Source: an uncultured Bacteroidia bacterium (GTDB lineage Bacteria > Bacteroidota > Bacteroidia > J057 > JADKCL01). From it: 64,000 nucleotides of DNA. Location of the stretch: NCBI GenBank assembly GCA_964352215.1, contig CAYGRE010000005.1, positions 18,527-82,526 on the forward strand. Direction: 5' to 3'. Shown here in pieces: positions 54,076 to 63,660 of this stretch. The notes under the pieces were generated by a model that saw only the letters and a list, made by a program, of their open reading frames with translations, made no database searches and had not been told where the DNA came from. Both the position numbers and the translations under genes were made by a program. Within the stretch, counting starts at the first letter, position 1. Each line of letters starts with the position of its first letter.

Positions 54076-55647
54076 TCAGAACATTAACCAGCGAAATGCG
54101 AGAAAAGCAGTTTGGGGATTGACGGGGCGTTGTCCCAGGGCACCGTTGACAAGGTTGCTGTCGTAGAAGTCTCCCAGCCAGAGGTAGGCGCCATGCAATT
54201 CAATGGACATGAATACGCCGAGGTCATAGACCAGGCTGGCATTGGCTTCGAGTCCCATTTGTCGCCCACCACCGGTGGGGGCAGCATTGGCGAGGGCGGT
54301 GACCAGTCCGACTTTCCCGGTCAATTTGTGGGGGATAAATGAGCGGCTGGCATTGAGACTGAGGCCGGTGATACCGTAGCCGAGGTTGGAAATGTCGGTG
54401 ACGGCTGCGGTGTAGCGGTTGACGACATTGGCATGGGGGAACAGCAGGTAGCCACCGTGGCTGACATACAATCCCCCGGGGGTGGCCCATTGGTTTCCAG
54501 TCAATACACCAGTGTAGACGCCATCGTTGATGCCGTTTTCATCGCCGGTGGTATAGATCAGGTCGCCATAGAGGGCATCGCGACTTGTTTGTCCATAGCG
54601 GTAACCCAGGCGGAGGTTGGCACCCAGGCCCCGGATATCCGGACCTTTGCTCCACTGGTCATTTTCTTCGAGTCGGGTGAAGCCCAGGTTGTAATTCAGG
54701 TAGCCGGTGGCAAAGAAGCGGTCCAGCACTTGTGATTCATTGTAGCTGAAGTAGGAACCCAGCCAGAAGACGTCGGCCCGGTAGGGGTTGCCGTTGGCAA
54801 AGCGGAAACGGAAGGTTCCGTTGTAATCGGCCAGGGTGCTGTTCAAACCCTGGCTGAGTACGGACGGGCCTCCTTCTCCATTGGCGCGGTCACGCAGGTA
54901 CATGGCCGAACCGCCCCAATGCCAGCGCATGCCCAGCGAACGCCGGTAGTTGAACATGCTCAGGGTGACATCGTCATTTTCCTGGATATTGTTCTCGTAG
55001 AGCTTGAAGTAGCCGGCTTTCCATTTGTAATAATCTGCATCCCGCCGGACGGATATTCCCACCCCGTCTGTTCCCCAATAGTTGAGCCGGTAGCCTGTAT
55101 TGAGTAAGGTTTCAAACCAGGTTCTGTAAGCGTTGTGAGGGGTATCGTACATCCTTTGCAGGCCCAGGTTGACGGCCCAACCTTTCTTGGGAATCAATTC
55201 GAGCTCCACATTCTGGGTCTGGATATTTACCTGGTCCCCTGAAGGAGCAGAACCACCGTTGCCGCCCGAGCCATAGGCCACATCTCCCCAGGTCCAGTCG
55301 ATCTCAAAGGAGGTCCTGAGGGTGGCCCGTCCATTGAACAATTTGGGGCTGTAAATGAAAAATGGGAGGATTCTTTGCTCGAAATAGCCGGCCTGTAACG
55401 AATCGGAAGTCACCGTTGAATTGGCCCCGTAGAGTCTACCGATCACCTGCCCTCTCAGAAAGTCATTCTGCGGGTAGACGTTGGTGGTGACGGCGTGGTT
55501 GTAGAAAAATGCCAGAAACTGAAACTCCTTCTGCGGCTTTTCGGGCAACCGCTGGTCCAATTCCTGGTAAAAGGAAGGACTCTGAGCCTGCAGGCCGGCA
55601 ATCAGCAGGATTAAGCATGGAATCAGAAGGGTAATTTTTCGTTTCAT
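54076..55647 (-). CDS. Predicted outer-membrane beta-barrel protein
   Basis: Signal peptide MKRKITLLIPCLILLIAGLQAQ; alternating aromatic/polar strands; C-terminal aromatic TAFLAFRWLMF. Confidence 0.75.
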   Translation of the reverse strand: MKRKITLLIPCLILLIAGLQAQSPSFYQELDQRLPEKPQKEFQFLAFFYNHAVTTNVYPQNDFLRGQVIGRLYGANSTVTSDSLQAGYFEQRILPFFIYSPKLFNGRATLRTSFEIDWTWGDVAYGSGGNGGSAPSGDQVNIQTQNVELELIPKKGWAVNLGLQRMYDTPHNAYRTWFETLLNTGYRLNYWGTDGVGISVRRDADYYKWKAGYFKLYENNIQENDDVTLSMFNYRRSLGMRWHWGGSAMYLRDRANGEGGPSVLSQGLNSTLADYNGTFRFRFANGNPYRADVFWLGSYFSYNESQVLDRFFATGYLNYNLGFTRLEENDQWSKGPDIRGLGANLRLGYRYGQTSRDALYGDLIYTTGDENGINDGVYTGVLTGNQWATPGGLYVSHGGYLLFPHANVVNRYTAAVTDISNLGYGITGLSLNASRSFIPHKLTGKVGLVTALANAAPTGGGRQMGLEANASLVYDLGVFMSIELHGAYLWLGDFYDSNLVNGALGQRPVNPQTAFLAFRWLMF

Positions 55648-55719
55648 GGCTGGGTAAATAAAAAGTGAAGATAACCCTTGCCAAACGGCATTGGGTTACC
55701 TTCACGACTATCGATTGAA

Positions 55720-56355
55720 TTATTCTATTTCCTGGAAGACCTGGATGTTGGTCGTACCCAGTTGGCCTCCGTTGGAGCTTCCAAATCCGGCAGATGCGGT
55801 TGGGGGAATTGCTCCGATATCGGGGTCGGTCTGGACCACTTCATAAGTCAAGGTGGTGTTGTTGATCTCAAAGATACCTACTGCGGTGAGTGCTGATGGA
55901 GAGCTTTGGTTCAGGGTAATGTCCCAGATTCCGTCGATATTGCTCTCGGTTTGGGAAAAGGTTCCGGTGAAGGTGATCAGGACGCTGTTGGTATCGTACT
56001 GCTCAACGAGGTAGGTGTTGTCGAGGTTGAAGCGTGCATAGATGGAGTCGGCTCCAAAGAAAGCAGAAAGCAGGGGCGCAACATCAGAACCAGAAGATTG
56101 ATATTCTTTGGCTTGTACGCCTTCAGGACAAGCGGCGCAAGTTCCACCACAGTCGATGCCGGTTTCGTCACCGTTCTGAATGCCGTCATCGCAGGTCGGA
56201 CAGGCGTCACAGCCACCACCACAGTCGATGCCGGTTTCGTCACCGTTCTGGATGCCATCTGTACAGCTGGCGGGTTCGTCCTTGTCACAGGATGAAATGG
56301 CAACTGTAGTCGTTACCAGGGCAAATGCCATAAATAGATACCTAAGTGTTTTCAT
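55720..56355 (-). CDS. Lipoprotein with duplicated Cys-rich DGIQNGDETGIDCGG motif
   Basis: MKTLRYLFMAFALVTTTVAISSCDKDEPASCTDGIQNGDETGIDCGGGCDACPTCDDGIQNGDETGIDCGGTCAACPEG; start moved from 56454 to 56355. Confidence 0.75.
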   Translation of the reverse strand: MKTLRYLFMAFALVTTTVAISSCDKDEPASCTDGIQNGDETGIDCGGGCDACPTCDDGIQNGDETGIDCGGTCAACPEGVQAKEYQSSGSDVAPLLSAFFGADSIYARFNLDNTYLVEQYDTNSVLITFTGTFSQTESNIDGIWDITLNQSSPSALTAVGIFEINNTTLTYEVVQTDPDIGAIPPTASAGFGSSNGGQLGTTNIQVFQEIE

Positions 56356-56386
56356 AATATTCATAATTAAAGTAGATCTAAAATGC

Positions 56387-57373
56387 TCAAAGTATAAATG
56401 CCGCACTGGCAAAGGCCAAGCCTCCTCCAGAGCTGAGAAATAACAATTGGTCACCGGGCTTGATCAGTTCCTTTTCCCAGGCTTCGTTGAAAGCCATCGG
56501 GATGCAGGCGGAGCCGGTATATCCGTAGTGGTGCATAACATTGTGGGCTTTGTCGTGGGGGACACCCAGGATATCAAGAGTTGCATTGATGGCATTGATG
56601 TTGATCTGGGTGATGAAGTACTTGTCCACCTGGGCGGGGGTGATACCCAGTCGTTTGCAAAGCTCCAGGGCCATTCCCGACCAGAAATCGGGGTTGACGG
56701 AGGATGGAAATCGTTTGGCAAAGACGAGGTTGTGGGCGTGTGCCTCCCGTGCGGCTTCGTCGACTGGCTGGACGGTCCCTCCGGCGTAGACTCCCATGTA
56801 ATCCCAGTATTGTCCTTGTGACAATAGCTGTGCGGTCTGGTAGCCTTCGGTGGTGTTTTCAGCTGAAAGGAGGATGGCACCGGCTCCATCTGCAAAGAGG
56901 GTGACGGTTTTCTTGTCCGCTGGATTGAGGTGTCGGCTCATTCCGTAAGCTCCCACCACCAGCACTTTGTTGTAGGTGCTGTCTGTCTGGATGTACTTGG
57001 CGGCCATGTCCATGGCGGTGACAAATCCTGCGCAGGCGGCATTGACATCGAAGGCGGCGGCATGGTTAGCCCCGAGGATATGCTGAAGCACGGAAGCGGT
57101 GGCCGGGCTTGGGTAGTCAGGGGTGTCGGTGGCTACGATGATCAGGTCCAGGTCGCTGGGGGTAATTCCAGCCCGTTCCAAACATACTTTTGAGGCTTCC
57201 AGTGCCAGGGTGGAGGTCGATTCTCCTTCCTCCATCCAGCGGCGCTCGAAGATTTGGGCCGACTCTTCCAGCCAGGTACTGACATCAACCCCTAGCTGTT
57301 GATCAAACCACGCATTGGTCAGCACCCTTTTGGGTACATAAGCTCCTGAAGATATGATCCTCGCTTTTCTCAT
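56387..57373 (-). CDS. 3-oxoacyl-ACP synthase III-like (atypical KAS III)
   Basis: SGAYVPKRVLTN; FDVNAACAGFVTAMDMA; FADGAGAILLSAE; HHYGYTGSACIPMAFNEA. Confidence 0.88.
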   Translation of the reverse strand: MRKARIISSGAYVPKRVLTNAWFDQQLGVDVSTWLEESAQIFERRWMEEGESTSTLALEASKVCLERAGITPSDLDLIIVATDTPDYPSPATASVLQHILGANHAAAFDVNAACAGFVTAMDMAAKYIQTDSTYNKVLVVGAYGMSRHLNPADKKTVTLFADGAGAILLSAENTTEGYQTAQLLSQGQYWDYMGVYAGGTVQPVDEAAREAHAHNLVFAKRFPSSVNPDFWSGMALELCKRLGITPAQVDKYFITQININAINATLDILGVPHDKAHNVMHHYGYTGSACIPMAFNEAWEKELIKPGDQLLFLSSGGGLAFASAAFIL

Positions 57374-58884
57374 CCGCTTACCAAATCTTTGTTTCTTTTA
57401 TTGTAAGTCCACCCGATGGCCAGGGCCGGCAGGATGCTGACCAGCAAACCAATCCCGGCGGTTACCCCTGGATTGGAAAAACTGAGACCGGAATCCGGAA
57501 ACAGTTGAGCCCCCCAGATATAAAGGACAAAATGAATTCCCATTCCCAGAAAGGACAGGACCCACATACTGCCGAGATGAACTTTGTCAAACAATACGCC
57601 GATCACCAGGGGTGGAACTGCGGCCAGGACAAGTCCATAGACACCTACTTGTCCGAAAATCCCAAGCAATTTTGGGGGTTGCAGGCTCACGAAGAATGCC
57701 GCCACTGCGATCACGACCAATACGATATTGCTGCTTCTCAGTGCCGTCTTCATTAATTTCTCTTCGTTCAGGGCTTTGCCCTTTGACCGCATGCGGATGA
57801 TGCCCATGATAAGGTCGTTGCTGGTGATGGTGGATATTCCTATCAGGAGGCCATCCAGGGTTGACATGGCAGCGGCCAGGAGTACAATACTGACAACGGT
57901 GAACATCCAGTCGGGAAATACATTGGCCAGATAGGCGGTCATTACGAGGTCCTGGCGGAAGGCTCCGGTTACCGGATCGAGCAGTTCTTCGGTTGGAACT
58001 GCGACATGCGCGAAGAATCCGGCCAGCAAGAGGAGGGTGAACAGAAGGTAGGTGATGGCAAATACGATGATGTAGTTGCGGACATCTTTGTCCCGCTTGA
58101 CATAGAGGGCCTTGGTCAGGATATGGGGTTGGCAAACGAGGGCGGCGCCAATGAGGAACCCGGCAATATAGACGGCAAATGGACTGTCAAACAGGCTGCT
58201 CTCAGGATTGACCAGTTTCAAAAGATTGGGGTCGGTGGCCTGGAGGGTGCCTATCAGATCCACATCACTGAAAAACATGATCTGGACCGCCGAACCGATG
58301 ATCAGAATGGAAACGCCGACCATGAGAAAGCCCTGGAACATATTGGTGTAGACATGGGCATAGGTCCCTCCAATGATTACATAAGAAGTCACGAATACAA
58401 GGGTGATGAGGAGGGCGGTGGTATGGTCTACGGCAAGCATCTTTTGCATGACGATGGAGATACCTCCTACCAGAAGGACCACGAAAGCAAAAGAGAGCAG
58501 GTTGATGATGGCAAAATAGAGGGCGAAACCAGGCGATCCATACCGCTTGCCGATCCAGTCGGGAATGGTGAGGGCTTTCATTTTAGCTCCCTTTCTTCGG
58601 AATGAAAAGGAAAGGATGACCAGCATAAACAGGATTCCAGCAAATACACTCACTCCGAGGTGCATCCAGGCCGAGAGACCATCTACATAGATGAAGCCAG
58701 GGTTGATGATGAAGGTTGCCGCCGAGGCGGTGCTGGTGGCCAGGGTGATCCCAACCACAAAGGGTTTCATATCTCCTTTGCCAATGGCAAAAACCTTAAA
58801 ATCTCCGGTATTGCGGTACCCCAACCATCCCAGGTAGGAGGTTATCAGTACATACACGGAAAATAAGGTCCAGGCCAATGCCAT
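57370..58884 (-). CDS. Sodium:solute symporter family transporter
   Basis: YLGWLGYRNTGDFKVFAIGKGDMKPFVVGITLATSTASAATFIINPG; about 13 TM segments; AAAMSTLDGLLIGISTITSNDL. Confidence 0.9.
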   Translation of the reverse strand: MALAWTLFSVYVLITSYLGWLGYRNTGDFKVFAIGKGDMKPFVVGITLATSTASAATFIINPGFIYVDGLSAWMHLGVSVFAGILFMLVILSFSFRRKGAKMKALTIPDWIGKRYGSPGFALYFAIINLLSFAFVVLLVGGISIVMQKMLAVDHTTALLITLVFVTSYVIIGGTYAHVYTNMFQGFLMVGVSILIIGSAVQIMFFSDVDLIGTLQATDPNLLKLVNPESSLFDSPFAVYIAGFLIGAALVCQPHILTKALYVKRDKDVRNYIIVFAITYLLFTLLLLAGFFAHVAVPTEELLDPVTGAFRQDLVMTAYLANVFPDWMFTVVSIVLLAAAMSTLDGLLIGISTITSNDLIMGIIRMRSKGKALNEEKLMKTALRSSNIVLVVIAVAAFFVSLQPPKLLGIFGQVGVYGLVLAAVPPLVIGVLFDKVHLGSMWVLSFLGMGIHFVLYIWGAQLFPDSGLSFSNPGVTAGIGLLVSILPALAIGWTYNKRNKDLVSG

Positions 58885-58895
58885 ATTTGAATGAA

Positions 58896-59828
58896 TTATC
58901 TGATCGAATTTTGATGTCCTGCTGAAGGATAGTGGGCTTTACCCCTTTCTTTTGGCTTTGACTTTAATTCCAGGAAAGCCATTACTTCCTCATTGAACCG
59001 CTCTGCCCGCTCCCACTGAAGGAAATGCCCACAATTCTCCACCATTACCAACTGCATCCCAGGAATTTTCAATGATTCGCGGATGGCCAGGGCCTTGGTA
59101 TTTTCATCGGGGTGGAGGATGGGGTGCGGGATCAACTTGTCATTCTCCCCAAACAGGATCATCACCCTGGCTTTGATCTCAGGGAGTTGTGCATTGACGC
59201 CATCCCTGACCATGCCCATGACCGACTGGGGGATCATCTCGCAATACGCTTTGAAGTGAGGGGCTTTCCGCAGGGCCATATTGTCCTTGATCATGAACTC
59301 TGCATCTGCAGGAAACTGGTGGAAATTGATGGCTACATTCCGTCGGATTTGCTCTTCACTCAGATTGGCGATGTTCTCTGGGGTATAATTCTGGGACAAC
59401 CACTCTACCTCTTTTGCATTGAAGGTTTCCAATCCGGCAGGAGCTACCAGGATGGCCCTCGAGCTGATGGCTGGCTTGTCCACCAAGGTCCGGAGTACGG
59501 CTTGCCCGCCCAGAGAATGTCCAACCAGAATGGGATTTTTCAGATCAAGGGCTTCCACGAAACCGATGATCACTTCCGACAGGAATTTCATAGTATAGGG
59601 GTAGCTTTCCTTAGATGATCCCCCATAATTGGGCAGGTCAATGGCCAGGCAACGGTAGTTCTTGCTCAAGGTGGGCAGGTTTTTACTCCATGCTTTGTGG
59701 TTGCTGCCCATGCCATGCACAAAGAGCAATGTCTCCACTCCTGTCCCCACTTCCTGGTAGGCCATCTTTATCCCTGATGCCAGTGTAACCAATTTCAATG
59801 TTTCAGTCGTATTTGGATTCCCGATCAT
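58896..59828 (-). CDS. Alpha/beta hydrolase, predicted cytoplasmic, paralog of 53118..54071
   Basis: LLFVHGMGSNHKAWSKN; ILVGHSLGGQAVL; ENCGHFLQWERAERFN. Confidence 0.9.
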   Translation of the reverse strand: MIGNPNTTETLKLVTLASGIKMAYQEVGTGVETLLFVHGMGSNHKAWSKNLPTLSKNYRCLAIDLPNYGGSSKESYPYTMKFLSEVIIGFVEALDLKNPILVGHSLGGQAVLRTLVDKPAISSRAILVAPAGLETFNAKEVEWLSQNYTPENIANLSEEQIRRNVAINFHQFPADAEFMIKDNMALRKAPHFKAYCEMIPQSVMGMVRDGVNAQLPEIKARVMILFGENDKLIPHPILHPDENTKALAIRESLKIPGMQLVMVENCGHFLQWERAERFNEEVMAFLELKSKPKERGKAHYPSAGHQNSIR

Positions 59829-60078
59829 GGGCTTCTTTCGTAATCAAAGCTGTTTTTAACTCAGGCAAAAGATAGGCACATTCATCCTAAGCGCATACAC
59901 TTCGACCTTGGTCAGCCCACTCTATTTTACCTCACTAATAAACCCCAAGCCCATTATTAGTCAATTTAGCCACCTACCCACCACCCCGGTCAACCCCCTT
60001 CTTCTCTCAATCGTCTTTACGCCTTCTCTCTTCCCCTCTTAATTTTCGTGACAGATTTTTTTATCCAATGATAATTCC

Positions 60079-60822
60079 ATGAAACGATTGCAAGGTAAGG
60101 TGGCGATAGTCACAGGAGGCTCCCAGGGTATCGGAAAAGCCATTGTTGAACAGTTTGTGCGCGAAGGGGCCCGGGTTGCTATCTGGGACATTGATCTGGA
60201 AAAGGGCAAAGCAGTGCAAGAAGCCCTCGATCCCCAAGGAGACTTGACTAGGGTGTATGAGGTAAACGTTACGGATGCCGACCTGGTCACCTCCAAGATG
60301 GCTGAAACCCATGCCGACCTGGGTCGGATCGATATTCTGGTCAACAATGCTGGGATTACCAGCGATGCCTCCTTGAAGAAAATGTCCATGGAGCAATGGA
60401 ACAATGTCATCCAGGTCAATCTCAATGGGGTTTTCTATTGTGTCAAGGCGGTCTATCCGATTATGGCAGCTCAGGGTTCAGGCCGCATCATCAATGCCTC
60501 TTCGGTGGTGGGCATCCAGGGCAACTTTGGTCAGACCAATTATGTAGCGACCAAGGCCGGGGTGATCGGGATGACGAAGGTATGGTCCCGTGAATTTGGC
60601 CGGAAGGGTATTACTGTCAATGCAGTCGCACCGGGATTTATCAATACGGAAATGATTGCCACTGTTCCAGCGCCTGTTTTGGAAAATCTGAAGGGGAAGT
60701 CTTCGCTGAACCGCCTGGGTGAGGTGGAGGAAGTGGCAGCGGTCTATACTTTCCTGGCATCTGATGAGGCCGCTTTTATCACTGGCACGACCATCAGTGT
60801 AGATGGTGGGATTTCGATCTAA
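60079..60822 (+). CDS. fabG: 3-oxoacyl-[ACP] reductase, SDR family
   Basis: VAIVTGGSQGIGKAIVEQF; DILVNNAGITSD; NASSVVGIQGNFGQTNYVATKAGVIGMTKVWSREFGRKGITVNAVAPGFI; TGTTISVDGGISI. Confidence 0.92.
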   Translation: MKRLQGKVAIVTGGSQGIGKAIVEQFVREGARVAIWDIDLEKGKAVQEALDPQGDLTRVYEVNVTDADLVTSKMAETHADLGRIDILVNNAGITSDASLKKMSMEQWNNVIQVNLNGVFYCVKAVYPIMAAQGSGRIINASSVVGIQGNFGQTNYVATKAGVIGMTKVWSREFGRKGITVNAVAPGFINTEMIATVPAPVLENLKGKSSLNRLGEVEEVAAVYTFLASDEAAFITGTTISVDGGISI

Positions 60823-60872
60823 GTCCAAAATCAATTAGTTTATGCACTGAGTCCGGCCAACCCTTCCATCTT

Positions 60873-62246
60873 ATGCGCAAGCGCCTCAATGCATTCTCTG
60901 AATTCGCAAAGACTATCCTCCCCAATGAGATTGATTTTCTGATTGCCTCCAATCAGTTACAGGACGAAGATCGTTTGGCCATTCTGGAGCGGATTAGAAG
61001 TAATATCTCTCAGCATCCTCCGGAAGAAGCCTACGATCTCTCCATTGATAAACGTACTTATTCTCATTTAAAGAACTGGATCGTCAAGCAGCTTTGCCGC
61101 AATGATGTTGATGAATTCTACCATTGGATATCTGAAATCGATGTTAAGATCGTCCACGACAGCATTTCGCCTGAAGAGGAACGAAAGTTCCTGAAGTTGA
61201 TCCAGGAATATGAAGCGCCAGGATTTTATTTTACCCGTCTTTTTGAGGTCTTACAACACTACAGCAATTTTCTTCTGATTCGTCTCCGGTACAAGGACCA
61301 TCAAATTGTGGACGACCTGTTGAACAGCTCCCGGGAAGCTTATTTGCGGCACAAGGGGATTGAAGAAAAATTGCGGGAAGCCAGTACTGATATCGTAAAG
61401 AAGTACAATCAACGTGGCGGACTCCCAAAGTGGAAGGGCTGGCTTTCGGATATTTTTGAAGATGAATCGGTACAAGGATATTTTCGGTACCAAGCCCTGA
61501 TCCGCTTACACTTCATGGACCTCCATGCTGAGGACAATTCCGAACTGCTGGACCAATATGCTGTTATGGGGCGGTATTTTTCCCAAGGCAAATTTTACTC
61601 CAAACGGCTATTGGTCAACTACTATCACAATCTGATGCTGTTGCACCACAAAAACCGCCAGTATGAGGAGGCGCTGCAATATGGCTATCTGTCTACCCGG
61701 GTCGCTACCCATGACTTCCTGCTGCATGTCAACAACCTTTGTGATGTTCTGGTCCATCTCAAGCGCTATGAAGAAGGCTTGAAGCTCCTGCGTTCGGCAA
61801 GTAAAGAGGCCCGCAACACCAATAACTTTTTCAACCGGGTCGGCTATGTCTCTTCAATGATGCGGTGCCTGATCGGTACGGGGAATCCTGCCTCTGCAGT
61901 CAGTTATGGTAGTAGTTTTCTCGGAGTCTATAAAAAGGAGATTATGAAGTACCGTTGGTTCAGGTTCTTTTATACTTTTTTGGAGGCTTTGGTCAGGGCG
62001 GGCGAGTTCAAGGAGGTCATCCGGGTCGGCAAGAAGCACCGCTTACTGGAGTTGGAAGCCAAAGAGGTTTCAGACCAAGATGGTTATGGCAAACTGACCA
62101 TTCTTACCCAACTCGCCAACTATCTTGCTGGGGAACTTGACAGGCAGGAATTTGAAATTTATTTGACGGGGCTCGAGACTGGCCTTCGGGAGGAATTGCT
62201 TGAAGGGAAGCTACCTTTGGGCCCTTTTCTTATCCCCAATTACTGA
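60873..62246 (+). CDS. Large helical/TPR-like protein of unknown function
   Basis: 457-aa ORF with YHNLMLLHHKNRQYEEALQYGYLSTRVATHD and LKRYEEGLKLLRSASKEARNTNN helical repeats. Confidence 0.75.
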   Translation: MRKRLNAFSEFAKTILPNEIDFLIASNQLQDEDRLAILERIRSNISQHPPEEAYDLSIDKRTYSHLKNWIVKQLCRNDVDEFYHWISEIDVKIVHDSISPEEERKFLKLIQEYEAPGFYFTRLFEVLQHYSNFLLIRLRYKDHQIVDDLLNSSREAYLRHKGIEEKLREASTDIVKKYNQRGGLPKWKGWLSDIFEDESVQGYFRYQALIRLHFMDLHAEDNSELLDQYAVMGRYFSQGKFYSKRLLVNYYHNLMLLHHKNRQYEEALQYGYLSTRVATHDFLLHVNNLCDVLVHLKRYEEGLKLLRSASKEARNTNNFFNRVGYVSSMMRCLIGTGNPASAVSYGSSFLGVYKKEIMKYRWFRFFYTFLEALVRAGEFKEVIRVGKKHRLLELEAKEVSDQDGYGKLTILTQLANYLAGELDRQEFEIYLTGLETGLREELLEGKLPLGPFLIPNY

Positions 62247-62331
62247 ATCATTTAGCAGTTAATCTTCAGACTTAGGGCCGGGATACATGGACGTCAGTAG
62301 CATGATTCCTTTTGCAAGGAATTCCTTCCAC

Positions 62332-62366
62332 GAAAAATGCCTCCAGTAGGGATTACTGAAGGCATT
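62332..62366 (-). terminator. Terminator-like hairpin for the minus-strand gene 62395..63462
   Basis: aatgcctccagta / tactgaaggcatt 13-bp stem (1 mismatch), 5-nt loop, T-run on the minus strand. Confidence 0.6.
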
Positions 62367-62394
62367 TAATAACTGAAGAAGCTGTCTGGTCGGC

Positions 62395-63462
62395 TTACTT
62401 CTTCATCTTTAGTCTCACCATGTACTTATCTGTATCCATGTCTTGTTGGGTAAACAGATAAAACTTGAGACTTCCTTTTTCATAGAAGTGGAGACCACTG
62501 TCTTCGTAGACTTTGTACCCGGTCTTGCTGCTGAAACAGGTCAGCTTTGACTTGATAAACTCCAATTCTGCCTGCGCATCTGACTTCTGGTAGAACATCT
62601 TAGAATCCAGCATCAACTCTTTTTTGTTGGGGTCGAAGAGGTTGGGCATTAAGCGTCCAGTTACAAAGAGGGGCGGGGTTTCGGTGGTGAAGAAAACATC
62701 TTCTTCTTCCATTTCGGTCTCTTCGGGATCCAGGTTGCCCTTGATGGAAGCAAAATTGGATGATGCCATCCCCATATACTTTTTGAGGGGAGCACAAAGG
62801 TCGGCAGTGGCCCGCTCGGCTGCTTCTGCTTCTGCTTTTGCTTTGGCGGCAGCTTCCCGTTCCGCAGCCGCTTTCTCAGCAGCCGCCTTTTTCTCAGCAG
62901 CAATACGTGCCTTCTCGGCTTCTGCAGCTTCCCTTTCCGCTTCAATCTTGTCTTTCTTGGCCTGGTTCCAGGCAGGGACCATGGCTACCCATTCAGACAA
63001 TGAAAATGATTCGGCATTTGCTTCGGCTTCATCTTTGAGTGTTTTCCACTTGGACTGCGGGGGACCCATGGCCATGATTTCTATAATCTCATCCTGAGAT
63101 TCAGAAAGGTTGTAGATATCGATGACGTTGTCGGGACGCATCACCAGGAAGTCTTCAATAGGAGTGATAAAATAACCATCCGAAGTCTGAGCAAAGACAT
63201 TGTCTTTGAGGCGCTCGTAGTTATACTTACTCATATAACGACTGCCTTTGTCCTGCCAATCCACTCCCATCTCCAGCAAATCTGCCTCTGATTTATAAAT
63301 GGCTGTTTTGACACGGTAAGGCGAAGGTGGCAAGGTAGATTTATCAACCAGCTTCTTGGTCAAACGGTACTCTCCTTCTGGTGGAGGATTGAGGGTTTGA
63401 GCAGTTAGGAAACCAAAGCTGACAGCAGCTACCAACAGATAACAAACAAGGTATTTTTTCAT
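62395..63462 (-). CDS. Exported protein with Ala/Glu/Lys-rich coiled-coil
   Basis: MKKYLVCYLLVAAVSFGFLTAQ at 63462; KIEAEREAAEAEKARIAAEKKAAAEKAAAEREAAAKAKAEAEAAERA. Confidence 0.75.
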   Translation of the reverse strand: MKKYLVCYLLVAAVSFGFLTAQTLNPPPEGEYRLTKKLVDKSTLPPSPYRVKTAIYKSEADLLEMGVDWQDKGSRYMSKYNYERLKDNVFAQTSDGYFITPIEDFLVMRPDNVIDIYNLSESQDEIIEIMAMGPPQSKWKTLKDEAEANAESFSLSEWVAMVPAWNQAKKDKIEAEREAAEAEKARIAAEKKAAAEKAAAEREAAAKAKAEAEAAERATADLCAPLKKYMGMASSNFASIKGNLDPEETEMEEEDVFFTTETPPLFVTGRLMPNLFDPNKKELMLDSKMFYQKSDAQAELEFIKSKLTCFSSKTGYKVYEDSGLHFYEKGSLKFYLFTQQDMDTDKYMVRLKMKK

Positions 63463-63660
63463 GTTTTCATAAAGTGTTTGACAATGGTCATGTGCGTTGA
63501 GCACCATTTCCCAAGATGGGGGAAGCAAAAGTACGAACTGAAGAATCTTCATACAAAAGGAATTCCCCCCTGTCGTGGTAAAAACTAAATCGATTTGATC
63601 TTTTGAATTGGCTTGCTTCAGGAATGTCAAACAGTGAAATCATATCTGTCTGGAACTGAG

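Noticed and set aside
55720-56355. DGIQNGDETGIDCGG duplicated motif as a novel domain
   Set aside because: This Cys motif is, to my knowledge, common in secreted proteins of Bacteroidota and Myxococcota; kept only as an annotation.
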